From Actinomycetota bacterium (lineage in GTDB: Bacteria > Actinomycetota > CADDZG01 > JAHWKV01), in assembly GCA_040905365.1 (NCBI GenBank), contig JBBDRQ010000080.1, positions 3,326-67,325 of the forward strand: a stretch of DNA of 64,000 nt, in the 5' to 3' direction. The position numbers were made by a program, and so were the translations under genes. The stretch's first letter is position 1. Each line of letters starts with the position of its first letter. The notes under the pieces were generated by a model. It was not told the origin of the DNA, did no database searches, and saw only the letters and a list, made by a program, of their open reading frames with translations. This document shows, in pieces, positions 1-8,284 of this stretch.

Positions 1-179
1 CCCGGAGCCCAATTGCGTTAACTGACACCAAACACCATAACATGTATATTTTATAGCTCCAATAAATATTCCTTATACATGTCACATACGGTGCGGTGCT
101 TCCCGCCTAGAACGTGAGGCGAACAGCCGAGTTGCAGTAGAATGATGACTCTCTTAACCGCGTCGAAGGATCCCAAATC

Positions 180-851
180 GTGACCATTGCTCAAGTCGAC
201 GGCTCGCGCCCAACCAGGCTTGCCCGCCGCAAGGCTGTGGGAATCACGTTCGTGCTTATGGGTATCCTGGCCGCATGCTCTGAGTCGGGTTCCTCCCTGC
301 CCAGCCTGTCCAACACCGAAACCGTCACCAGCGAGGACGGCGGTCTGCAGATGCGCATCCCGAACTCGTGGCAGGCACGCAAAGACCTCAACCCCAGCGC
401 GGCGATGCAGGCGGGAAACCGGGAATCCGACGCCTACACATTGGTCGTCGTGGACCCGAGGGAGTTTTTTGGGAATCTGTCACTGGGCAAGTTCGCCGAT
501 ATCGAAATTCAGCAGTTCATTGATACGGTCGGCGACCCTACAGTGTCCGGTCCCGAGCTGGTAATCGTCGATGACCGCGAAGCCCTGCAGTACGAGGTAA
601 GGGGCGTGGTTGACGAGCAGAACGTCGTTTATCTGTACACCTTCGCCGAAACGCCGGACCGCTTCCTAAAGATCGTCACGTGGAGCATAGGCTCACGTTT
701 TGAGGAAAACCTCGACGACATGCAGATGGTGACCGAAAGCGTGCATCAATTGGAACCGCTTGGGGACGTGGAGCCCTCGCCCCTGGAATCTGCGGACATC
801 CCTACCGATCCCACTCCGGTGCCCTCGATCGACCGCGGCGACCAAGATTAG
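180..851 (+). CDS. putative secreted lipoprotein, function unknown
   Basis: 223-aa ORF with GTG start. The N-terminus has a basic n-region (RLARRK), a hydrophobic core and a lipobox-like ILAAC, followed by a Ser/Gly linker. No catalytic motif recognised. Confidence 0.55.
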   Translation: MTIAQVDGSRPTRLARRKAVGITFVLMGILAACSESGSSLPSLSNTETVTSEDGGLQMRIPNSWQARKDLNPSAAMQAGNRESDAYTLVVVDPREFFGNLSLGKFADIEIQQFIDTVGDPTVSGPELVIVDDREALQYEVRGVVDEQNVVYLYTFAETPDRFLKIVTWSIGSRFEENLDDMQMVTESVHQLEPLGDVEPSPLESADIPTDPTPVPSIDRGDQD

Positions 852-869
852 TAGCCGGCGCCCTTCGCG

Positions 870-1550
870 CTATTCGCCTAAGCCCGTGGGGACCAGTACC
901 AGGGTGATCTTGCCCGCCGCCTCCGCTTGCGCCAACGCCTCGGCCTGGTCGGGCATGACCAGCAGGGTTACCGCCCGGTCTCTGCCGGAGCTTACAAGTG
1001 AGGATCCGGCACCGGCGTCGTTTGTCGATCCGCCGGAGGAGGCCACCTGCACCGACGTTAGGATCGTTACCGTTTTAGCGCGCCCATCCTCGCCCGCCAG
1101 GGTCGCCAGTACGTCGACACGATCGCCCGAGCGCGGAACCAGAGCCATACCGTCCAGCGATTGAGGGTTCAGCCCGTACGCCCGCATCCCCTCCGGCACG
1201 GCACCGGACGCACCAGCGTTGCGTCCGATCTTGCGGCCGGTCACCGGTTCCCCCGCCAGGATCGGATGGGTCGTCAGGCGGCCTACGGCTTCGTCGACTG
1301 CCGTCAGGGGTTCTTGCGGTAAGTATCGGCTGGGGTGCTCGACCATCTCGAGCATGCCGTCGGTTACCCGGATCCCAGGTTCGATATCCGTAGCAGCCAC
1401 CACGATAGGAACCAGCCGGCCGGCGACCGGGACCTGCGATCTAAGCCAAGACAGGTAGGAGTAAACGGCCAGTCCGGTCAGTACCGCGGCCAGTACCGCG
1501 ATCACTCCCCAACGAGACGTCCGGCGCCTGCCCAAAACCAGAGTGGTCAT
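870..1550 (-). CDS. cpaB: CpaB/RcpC-like SAF-domain protein (Flp pilus assembly protein CpaB family)
   Basis: N-terminal TM helix (WGVIAVLAAVLTGLAVYSYL). SAF-like segment (VPIVVAATDIEPGIRVTDGML...ILAGEPVTGRKI). C-terminal CpaB-like segment (GMRAYGL...GDRVDVLATL). Confidence 0.65.
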   Translation of the reverse strand: MTTLVLGRRRTSRWGVIAVLAAVLTGLAVYSYLSWLRSQVPVAGRLVPIVVAATDIEPGIRVTDGMLEMVEHPSRYLPQEPLTAVDEAVGRLTTHPILAGEPVTGRKIGRNAGASGAVPEGMRAYGLNPQSLDGMALVPRSGDRVDVLATLAGEDGRAKTVTILTSVQVASSGGSTNDAGAGSSLVSSGRDRAVTLLVMPDQAEALAQAEAAGKITLVLVPTGLGE

Positions 1551-1597
1551 GGCAGAACCGTACCAGATACTGCCACTTTCTGCCAGTATCTGGTCTG

Positions 1598-1960
1598 TTA
1601 TGCCGTCTTTTCGGCCTTCTTGGCTGCCGCGCCCTTAGTGGGCGATGCGCCGGACGAGGATGAATCCTTTTCCGCCGACTTGTCGGCGGAGCTCACCTTG
1701 GAGTCGTCCTTACCGGGCTCACCCGACGCGGAAGCGGTCTCTTTCTCCGAGTCCTTGCCCTTCGACTTGGACTGGGGACGAGCCGCGCGTCGGTCGGTGG
1801 AGTAAAAGCCGGAGCCTTTGAACAGGATGCCCGCGGCATGGATGACCCTCCTCAAAGCACCGCCGCACGCCTCACACGTCGTAAGAGGATCATCGTGAAA
1901 CGACTGCACCACCTCGACGTGCTGATCGCATGACCTACACGCGTATTCATACGTTGGCAT
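1598..1960 (-). CDS. FmdB-family zinc-ribbon protein with low-complexity Ser/Lys-rich tail
   Basis: Starts MPTYEYACRSCDQHVEVVQSFHDDPLTTCEACGG (CxxC...CxxC FmdB signature). I trimmed the 304-aa ORF to the ATG at 1960, because the upstream part has no protein-like character. Confidence 0.8.
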   Translation of the reverse strand: MPTYEYACRSCDQHVEVVQSFHDDPLTTCEACGGALRRVIHAAGILFKGSGFYSTDRRAARPQSKSKGKDSEKETASASGEPGKDDSKVSSADKSAEKDSSSSGASPTKGAAAKKAEKTA

Positions 1961-2104
1961 TACCGAATCCCATTCGTGTGAGAAGTCTTCGTGTCTCTTT
2001 ATTATGTCAGCCTTCATCTTGAAGGGCATAATGCGGTAGGTGGGCCGCCGCCCACCAGCCACAAGCGCCGAAGCGACGCTGGGGATGCGCCGGAAGGTTC
2101 GCGA

Positions 2105-3280
2105 ATGCCAGGGGCTGATTCGCCCGATGAACTGCAAAAACTCGCCGACTACGCCGAGGCGCTTTCGGCAGGCGCCGGCGCTCGGAACCGTCTTTCGTGC
2201 ACGGGGGACGCGGCCAGAGTCGCCGCCGCTCTGGAACGGCTCTCCGAACAACTCGCCGCCCGCAACCGGCAGATAGCGCAGTATCAAGCCGCGCTCGACA
2301 GAGCCCACACCCGCTTCGGCGAAGCGCTGCGCTCTACCCACGACCTGGACCGAATGCTCGAGATTGCCCTGGAGACTGGGATGGAGGCCATCCGCGCCCG
2401 CCGCGGCCTGCTGCTGGTGCTGAAGGGCCAGGGCACTTTGGTCGCCGGCGTCAGCCGCAACCTCGAGCTTGACTCGCTCAAGCTCGCACCCGGCCGGGGC
2501 ATCGCGGGCCACGTGGCCGCCACCGGCACCGCCGTAGTGGTGCCTTCGTCCGCCGCGCCCGAGCGGGACCCGCTCGAGCCGGAGTTCTCCACTCAGGTAT
2601 CGGTGCCGCTGTTCACGAACCAGCGCACCTTTGGGGTGCTGAACTTCTACGACAAGTCACAGGGGAACTTCACCGAAACCGACCTGCGCACCATCCTGTC
2701 GCTCAGCGACCAGGCCGGCGTTGCGATCGAGAACGTCCTGCTGCACGAGGATGCGCAGCGCATGGCGATCATGGACGGACTCACCGGTATCTGGAACCAC
2801 CGCTGGTTTCAGATACAGATGGCCCAGGAGCTCGACCGGGCCGAGCGCTTCGGAAGGCCCTTTTCTCTGTTGGTCATGGACATCGACGACTTCAAGTTGT
2901 TCAACGACACCTACGGGCACCAACTGGGGGATTTCGTACTGGTGGAGCTGGCCCGGAGGGTCAAGTCCTCGGTGCGTGACGTGGACATCTTCGCCCGCTA
3001 CGGTGGCGAGGAGTTTGCGTTGCTGCTGTCGGAAACCGACTCCTCGGGCAGCGCCAATGCGGCGGAGAAGCTCCGGCTGGCGATCTGCAGCACCCCCTTC
3101 GAAACCTCTATGGCGCCCGAGCCGTTGACGGTGACCGTCTCCATAGGCGTTGCCTCTTTCCCCGAGGCCGCGTCGGACGGCGCCGGCTTGTTCCGCGCCG
3201 CGGATACGGCGATGTACCGAGCCAAGGCGCTGGGGAAAAACCGGGTTGTGGTGTATGACCCTGCAGGGCATAGTAGTTAG
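2105..3280 (+). CDS. GAF-domain diguanylate cyclase (GGDEF)
   Basis: Central GAF-like region (MLEIALETGMEAIRARRGLLLV...FGVLNFYDK). C-terminal GGDEF domain with RYGGEEFALLL and the DDFKLFNDTYGH motif. The ATG at 2105 follows GGAAGG; the longest ORF starts at 1991. Confidence 0.85.
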   Translation: MPGADSPDELQKLADYAEALSAGAGARNRLSCTGDAARVAAALERLSEQLAARNRQIAQYQAALDRAHTRFGEALRSTHDLDRMLEIALETGMEAIRARRGLLLVLKGQGTLVAGVSRNLELDSLKLAPGRGIAGHVAATGTAVVVPSSAAPERDPLEPEFSTQVSVPLFTNQRTFGVLNFYDKSQGNFTETDLRTILSLSDQAGVAIENVLLHEDAQRMAIMDGLTGIWNHRWFQIQMAQELDRAERFGRPFSLLVMDIDDFKLFNDTYGHQLGDFVLVELARRVKSSVRDVDIFARYGGEEFALLLSETDSSGSANAAEKLRLAICSTPFETSMAPEPLTVTVSIGVASFPEAASDGAGLFRAADTAMYRAKALGKNRVVVYDPAGHSS

Positions 3281-4156
3281 ATGCCAGTGCGCAAAGCCAT
3301 CATCCCTGCGGCCGGGATGGGGACCCGGTTCCTGCCCGCCTCCAAAGCAGTGCCCAAGGAGATGGTTACCCTCGTCGACCGCCCGGTCATTCAGTACGCG
3401 GTGGAGGAGCTTGTACGGGCGGGTATCACCGACATCTGCATCGTCGACTCGGAGGGCAAGCAGGCTTTGGGCGACCATTTCCGGTCCAACGCCCAGCTGG
3501 AGGAACTACTCGCGAGGAAGAACAAGACGCAATTGCTCGACGACCTGAGATACCTGAGCACCCTGGCCGAGGTCAGTTTCGTCGCCCAAAACGATCCCAA
3601 GGGACTGGGGCACGCCGTATGGTTGGCCCGAGAGTACTCCGCGGGCGAACCGGTGGTGGTACTCCTGCCCGACGAGATCATCGATCCGGCCGAGAACCTG
3701 GTGGGCGAGATGATCGACACCTTCGACACCGCATCGGTCAGCGTAGTGGCCGTGGACCGGGTCCCGCACGCATCGATCGGCTCGTACGGGGCGATCGATC
3801 CCGAGGACCCGGAGGCCGACACCACCGTGGTGCGCTCGGTGGTGGAAAAACCCGACCCCGACGATGCTCCCTCCGACCTGGCCCTGATCGGCCGCTACGT
3901 ACTGGACCCATCGGTGTTCGACATTCTTGAAACGCTTCCCGCGGGGGCCGGAGGGGAGATCCAGCTGACCGATGCCCTGGCGGTGCTGGCCGGCAGCGGC
4001 CGGCTCATAGCCCGGCGTTTTCGCGGCCGCCGGTGGGATGCCGGGACCAAGCAAGGGTATCTGCAAGCGACCGTCAGCCTGGCGCTGGATCACCCCGAAC
4101 TCGGCGAGGACTTCCGCAGCTATCTGGAATGGGCACGGGCAGGCTCGCATGGCTGA
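3281..4156 (+). CDS. galU: UTP--glucose-1-phosphate uridylyltransferase
   Basis: N-terminus [28 protein letters not shown] and VEKP motif are typical of GalU. Confidence 0.9.
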   Translation: MPVRKAIIPAAGMGTRFLPASKAVPKEMVTLVDRPVIQYAVEELVRAGITDICIVDSEGKQALGDHFRSNAQLEELLARKNKTQLLDDLRYLSTLAEVSFVAQNDPKGLGHAVWLAREYSAGEPVVVLLPDEIIDPAENLVGEMIDTFDTASVSVVAVDRVPHASIGSYGAIDPEDPEADTTVVRSVVEKPDPDDAPSDLALIGRYVLDPSVFDILETLPAGAGGEIQLTDALAVLAGSGRLIARRFRGRRWDAGTKQGYLQATVSLALDHPELGEDFRSYLEWARAGSHG

Positions 4157-4625
4157 GCACAAATCGCTGTCGCACGTCGACGCTGAGGGCAAGGCGGTCA
4201 TGGTAGACGTCTCCGCCAAAGACCCGACCATCCGGGAGGCGACGGCCGCGGCCTTCGTCGAGATGAATGCCGAGACCGTGCGGATCGTAAGCGAAGGCGG
4301 CCTCGGCAAGGGCGACGCTCTGGGAGTGGCCAAGATCGCAGGGGTGATGGCCGCCAAGAAGACTTCCGAGCTGATCCCGCTGTGCCATCCGCTGGCGCTA
4401 TCGAAAATCGACGTGCAGCTCAACCTTGTCGACGGCGGCGTGAGCATCACCTCCACCGTGCGTACGACCGACCGTACCGGGGTCGAGATGGAAGCCTTAA
4501 CCGCGGCGTCGGTCGCCGCTTTGACCGTCTACGACATGTGCAAAGCCGTCGACAAGGGCATCCGCATCACCTCGGTGGAGTTGGTGAAGAAAACGGGCGG
4601 CAAGAGCGGCCCGTGGAGCCGCTAG
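4149..4625 (+). CDS. moaC: cyclic pyranopterin monophosphate synthase MoaC
   Basis: LSHVD...MVDVSAK...[11 protein letters not shown]...[18 protein letters not shown] motifs. The ATG at 4149 overlaps the galU stop (ATGGCTGA). Confidence 0.9.
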   Translation: MAEHKSLSHVDAEGKAVMVDVSAKDPTIREATAAAFVEMNAETVRIVSEGGLGKGDALGVAKIAGVMAAKKTSELIPLCHPLALSKIDVQLNLVDGGVSITSTVRTTDRTGVEMEALTAASVAALTVYDMCKAVDKGIRITSVELVKKTGGKSGPWSR

Positions 4626-4627
4626 TA

Positions 4628-4786
4628 CTAGTCATCCTTGGGCCGCTTGAAGTAAGCCACCACTCCGCCGACATCCGGCGGAGAAAACACGGTCACCAGC
4701 TCCCAGCCATCCTCACCCCAATTGTCTAGGATCTCCTTGGCGACGTGAGGCACAACCGGCACAGACGCGTATTCCCACTTGGTCAT
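4628..4786 (-). CDS. small DUF4177-like protein
   Basis: 52 aa, MTKWEYASVPVV...GEDGWELVTVF. I trimmed the 151-aa ORF to the internal ATG at 4786. Confidence 0.55.
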   Translation of the reverse strand: MTKWEYASVPVVPHVAKEILDNWGEDGWELVTVFSPPDVGGVVAYFKRPKDD

Positions 4787-4818
4787 GCAAACCCCTTTCT
4801 CGGTTCGGTCGAGCCGGC

Positions 4819-6291
4819 TCAACCGGCCCGGTTTAATATCCAGTCGATCAACAGCCTGGTGCCGAAACCCGTGGCTCCGGCGGGCAGGTAATGCTCGGGC
4901 TGCTCGGACCAGGCCGTAGCCGCGATGTCCAGGTGCGCCCAGGGCGTGGAGCCGCCGACGAACTCTCGCAAGAACAACGCCGCAGTAATCGCGCCCGCGT
5001 AGCGGCCTTTGCCGATGTTGCGCACGTCGGCCACCGGGCTCGCAATCAGGCTCCGGTACTCCTCGACGAGCGGCAGCTCCCAAATCCGCTCACCGGTCCT
5101 CTCCGACGCCGACCGCAACTCGGCGCAAAGGTCCCCGTTGTTGGAGAAGACCCCGGCCACCTTCTGGCCCAGCGCCGCCCCGACCGCTCCGGTGAGCGTC
5201 GCCGCGTCGACGATGGCGTCGGGTCCCTGCTCGCTCATCCAAGCCAGGGCGTCGGCAAGCACCAAACGACCCTCAGCGTCGGTGTTTAGCACCTCGGAGG
5301 TCTTGCCGCCGTAGTGGCGGATGACGTCACCGGGCTTGACCGCCCGGCTCGACGGCATGTTCTCGGCAAGCGCCACCGCAGCCTGGACCTTGATCTTGGG
5401 CATGAGCCTCGGCAACGCCGTAATCGCACCGAGAACCGCGGCTCCCCCGGAACAGTCCTTTTTCATGGTCTGCATGCCTTCGCCGCTTTTTAAGGACAGG
5501 CCGCCTGAGTCAAAGGTGATTCCCTTACCGACCAGCCCCACGAAACCCTCGGCGCCGCCGGGATCGTAGGTGAGCACGATCAGCCGGGGCCCCGACGCAC
5601 TGCCCTTGCCCACGGTCAAGATGCCGTCCATGCCCTCGTCGCTAAGGCGCGACTCGGAAAACACCTCAACCTGCAGACCGGCCTGCTCCGCGCGGGCACG
5701 GGCCAGGTCTGCGATAACCGCCGGACCCCGGTTGCTCGGCGGCTCATTGATCAGATCCCTAGCCCAGATGGCCGCCTCGGTAAGAGCTTCGACCTTGTCC
5801 AAGTCGGCTTGCGATGCGCCCAATACCTCCACGGTGGCGCTGGCCACCGGTTTGTCGCTGAGGTAGCGGTCAAAGGTGTAGCAGCCCAGCGCAAAGCCCT
5901 CGGCCGCGGCCGCCACGCCACCGGCGACCTCCTGTCCGATGTCGAGCACAACCGAGGCGTAGCCTCCCGAACAACGCGCGGCAAGCCCGCCGGCGCGCCG
6001 CACGTGCTCGGCGGTTACCGAGGACTCCTCACCCAGCCCCACCACCATCACCGCGTGCGCGGGCAGTCTGCCGAAACACGGCATCACCGTCGCCTGCCCC
6101 TCGGCCCCCTCGAACGAGGCGAACGAGCCCAACGACTTGGTGGCGGCCAAATGCCTGCCCAACTCGCCATCGAGGGCCCGGTCGACCCTGGCCGCCTCCG
6201 GGCGCAAGACGTTGCCTTTGACGGCCCCGACCACCAACAGGTCGCCCTCGGCGTCGGTAGAGGTGATCGCGCCGGGATTGAAGGTTGGCAT
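4819..6291 (-). CDS. pepA: leucyl aminopeptidase (M17)
   Basis: NTDAEGRLVLADAL signature, VGKGITFDSGG, 490 aa. Confidence 0.9.
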   Translation of the reverse strand: MPTFNPGAITSTDAEGDLLVVGAVKGNVLRPEAARVDRALDGELGRHLAATKSLGSFASFEGAEGQATVMPCFGRLPAHAVMVVGLGEESSVTAEHVRRAGGLAARCSGGYASVVLDIGQEVAGGVAAAAEGFALGCYTFDRYLSDKPVASATVEVLGASQADLDKVEALTEAAIWARDLINEPPSNRGPAVIADLARARAEQAGLQVEVFSESRLSDEGMDGILTVGKGSASGPRLIVLTYDPGGAEGFVGLVGKGITFDSGGLSLKSGEGMQTMKKDCSGGAAVLGAITALPRLMPKIKVQAAVALAENMPSSRAVKPGDVIRHYGGKTSEVLNTDAEGRLVLADALAWMSEQGPDAIVDAATLTGAVGAALGQKVAGVFSNNGDLCAELRSASERTGERIWELPLVEEYRSLIASPVADVRNIGKGRYAGAITAALFLREFVGGSTPWAHLDIAATAWSEQPEHYLPAGATGFGTRLLIDWILNRAG

Positions 6292-6753
6292 CTGGTGGGT
6301 CCCCCTAGTCTTGTAAGAGTTCGTCTTCCTGCAATATTGCCGCCAGTCTATCCATTGCTCGCCCCGAACCTCACCCGCAACAACCGTCGGCCGGGCGGAC
6401 GAGAAATGTTCCCGACCCGGGCGTTTCGGTCTTTCCCGGCACAGATTCGGTTGGTAGTGTCACCCCGGATCAAGTCGCTTCCCCGTGGGTCCCTGCTAGC
6501 CACACTTCCCACCGGCGGAAGGGCTGTCCATGCAAACCCCCGGCAGAGCAGGAATCACACCTGCGACCCCCCGGCCACCGCTTGCACGCCCAAAGCCTCC
6601 CAGCATGCGCACCAAATCCCGCTCGTCGAGACAATTCTGCGCGAAATTACATCGATGTAGTTTTTTAGCTCAAAATCCGTCAGGCACTACATATACGGTG
6701 TTATCTTGCCGCGGAGCATAGATATTGTGTGCTGGCATCGACTGAGGTAAGTC

Positions 6754-7488
6754 ATGACAGGTGTTCTCGTTGCTCTGTTGGCGATCCTGTGGGCGCTGGT
6801 TCTGATCCCTCCGCTTGTGAGGGTCAGGGACAACACCTCGCTGGGCTCCGTGGGCTCGTTCAACAGAGGGATGCGGGCGCTGGGTTCCGGCCAGGATCAA
6901 TCCTTTACAGGAGGAAGGTACGTTTTGACCCCTAAGACACCCCTGGACGCTCCCGACCCCCGCGAAATCATCTTCCGGCGCCGCCGGATATTCTCGGGCC
7001 TGGTCGCCGGACTGGGTTGCACGCTGGTGCTGGGCGCGATACCGGGCCTGCGGGTACTGTGGTGGGCCAGCTTCATCCTCGCTGTCGCCGTCGCAGGATT
7101 CGCCGCCTTTCTCGTTTCGGAGAAGAACCGCAACGACTACCTCAAGCTCAAAGGCGCCAACCGGCCGCCCTATCAACGCCAGGCTCCGCACCAGGCCGCT
7201 CCGTACCGGCAACAGGCTTGGTTCCAGCAGCAAGCTCCGTTGCGGCAGGCTTCGTTCCAGCAGGCTCCGTACCGGCAGCAGGCTCCGTACCGGCAGCAGG
7301 CTTCGTTCCAGCAGGCTCCGTACCGGCAGGTAACCGCTGGCGTCCCCTCCCTGCATCTGTATGAAAATAATTACGAGCCGGCCGTACGGACGATGAGCCG
7401 GCAGCAGCCGGTCTTTCGTATTCTCGATGAAGACGATGAGGACGACGGCCTGAGCGAGTTGGGCTGGGCGCGAGCCGGTCAACTGTAG
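6754..7488 (+). CDS. membrane protein with Gln-rich tandem hexapeptide repeats
   Basis: N-terminal TM (VLVALLAILWALVLIPPLV) and a second TM pair (aa ~85-125), then QAPYRQ/QASFQQ repeats and an acidic tail (DEDDEDD). GAGG sits 7 nt before the ATG. Confidence 0.6.
   Translation: MTGVLVALLAILWALVLIPPLVRVRDNTSLGSVGSFNRGMRALGSGQDQSFTGGRYVLTPKTPLDAPDPREIIFRRRRIFSGLVAGLGCTLVLGAIPGLRVLWWASFILAVAVAGFAAFLVSEKNRNDYLKLKGANRPPYQRQAPHQAAPYRQQAWFQQQAPLRQASFQQAPYRQQAPYRQQASFQQAPYRQVTAGVPSLHLYENNYEPAVRTMSRQQPVFRILDEDDEDDGLSELGWARAGQL
7174..7329 (+). repeat. imperfect 18-nt (hexapeptide) tandem repeat inside the CDS
   Basis: Units cag-gct-ccg-tac-cgg-cag and cag-gct-tcg-ttc-cag-cag alternate for about 8-9 copies. 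The block caggcttcgttccagcaggctccgtaccggcag occurs twice exactly. Confidence 0.85.
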
Positions 7489-7538
7489 CAACCAGACTTA
7501 CGCAACCTGTCGAAGCGCCCGCCTGATAGCCTTCAGTT

Positions 7539-8162
7539 GTGGATCTCGAACCCATCCGGCGATCGCTGCGCGATGAGCTGGACGCCAAGTACCAGGCCCG
7601 CGAGCAGGGCCTTACCTTGTCCCGCAAGACGATCAGGTTGTGCGCCAACTCCATCCGGGCCATACACCGAAGCAACCAGCGGGAAGCGTTGCGCCTACTG
7701 GGCGAGGCCAAGCTGCTTTTGGACGAGGCCGCCGCCGCAATGCGGTCGCACCCCGACGTCAAGAACGCCGGCTTCTACAACGACGCTGCCAAGGAGTATG
7801 CCGAGGGGCGGATAACCTACGCTCTTATTTTTGACGAGGAGCTCCCCGGCCCCAAGGAGCTCGAGGTGGAAGCGCCCGCCTACCTAAACGGGATGGGGGA
7901 AGCGGTAGGCGAGATCCGCCGTCACCTGCTGGACCTCATGCGCCGCGGAGATCTGGAGCGCTCGGAGCAGCTGATGGCCGTGATGGACGAGGTCTACTAC
8001 CTGTTGATCACCATGGATTACCCCGACGGCATGACGGGCGGCCTGCGCCGGACCACCGACGTCGCAAGATCGATCATAGAAAGGACCCGGGGCGACCTTT
8101 CCACGACGATCATCCAGAATGGTTTGCGCAACGCCATTGAAGGCATGCGCGACCCCGCCTGA
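7539..8162 (+). CDS. translin/TRAX-family protein
   Basis: 207 aa, all-helical. Matches the translin-family pattern AYLNGMGEAVGEIRRHLLDLMRRGDLERSEQLMAVMDEVYYLL...MDYPD. GTG start. Confidence 0.65.
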   Translation: MDLEPIRRSLRDELDAKYQAREQGLTLSRKTIRLCANSIRAIHRSNQREALRLLGEAKLLLDEAAAAMRSHPDVKNAGFYNDAAKEYAEGRITYALIFDEELPGPKELEVEAPAYLNGMGEAVGEIRRHLLDLMRRGDLERSEQLMAVMDEVYYLLITMDYPDGMTGGLRRTTDVARSIIERTRGDLSTTIIQNGLRNAIEGMRDPA

Positions 8163-8198
8163 CGGAAGCGCTCAGACCGCTACAATTGGCTGTACCGG

Positions 8199-8274
8199 GG
8201 GCCGTAGCTCAGTTGGTAGAGCGCTGCGTTCGCAATGCAGAGGTCAGGGGTTCGAATCCCCTCGGCTCCACCAA
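8199..8274 (+). tRNA. tRNA-Ala (anticodon CGC)
   Basis: Cloverleaf read by hand: acceptor GGGGCCG/CGGCTCC with G3:U70, D-arm GCTC AGTTGGTAG AGC, anticodon loop TTCGCAA, T-arm AGGGG TTCGAAT CCCCT, encoded CCA. Confidence 0.95.
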
Positions 8275-8284
8275 ATCGATACCC

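Noticed and set aside
1961-2512. N-terminal extensions of several ORFs in the track: 1598..2512, 4038..4148, 4787..5083, 16398..16475, 20052..20345, 46980..47618, 48704..48922.
   Set aside because: The extensions overlap neighbouring genes or terminators and lack protein-like sequence. Internal starts coincide with conserved N-termini, SD sequences or stop/start overlaps.
6530-6600. Possible 6C small RNA, suggested by C-runs ACCCCCGG and ACCCCCCGG.
   Set aside because: I could not fold the two C-runs into the two hairpin loops that define the 6C motif. The flanking stems are only 3-5 bp and mismatched. It is kept only as part of the generic 'unexplained gap' finding.
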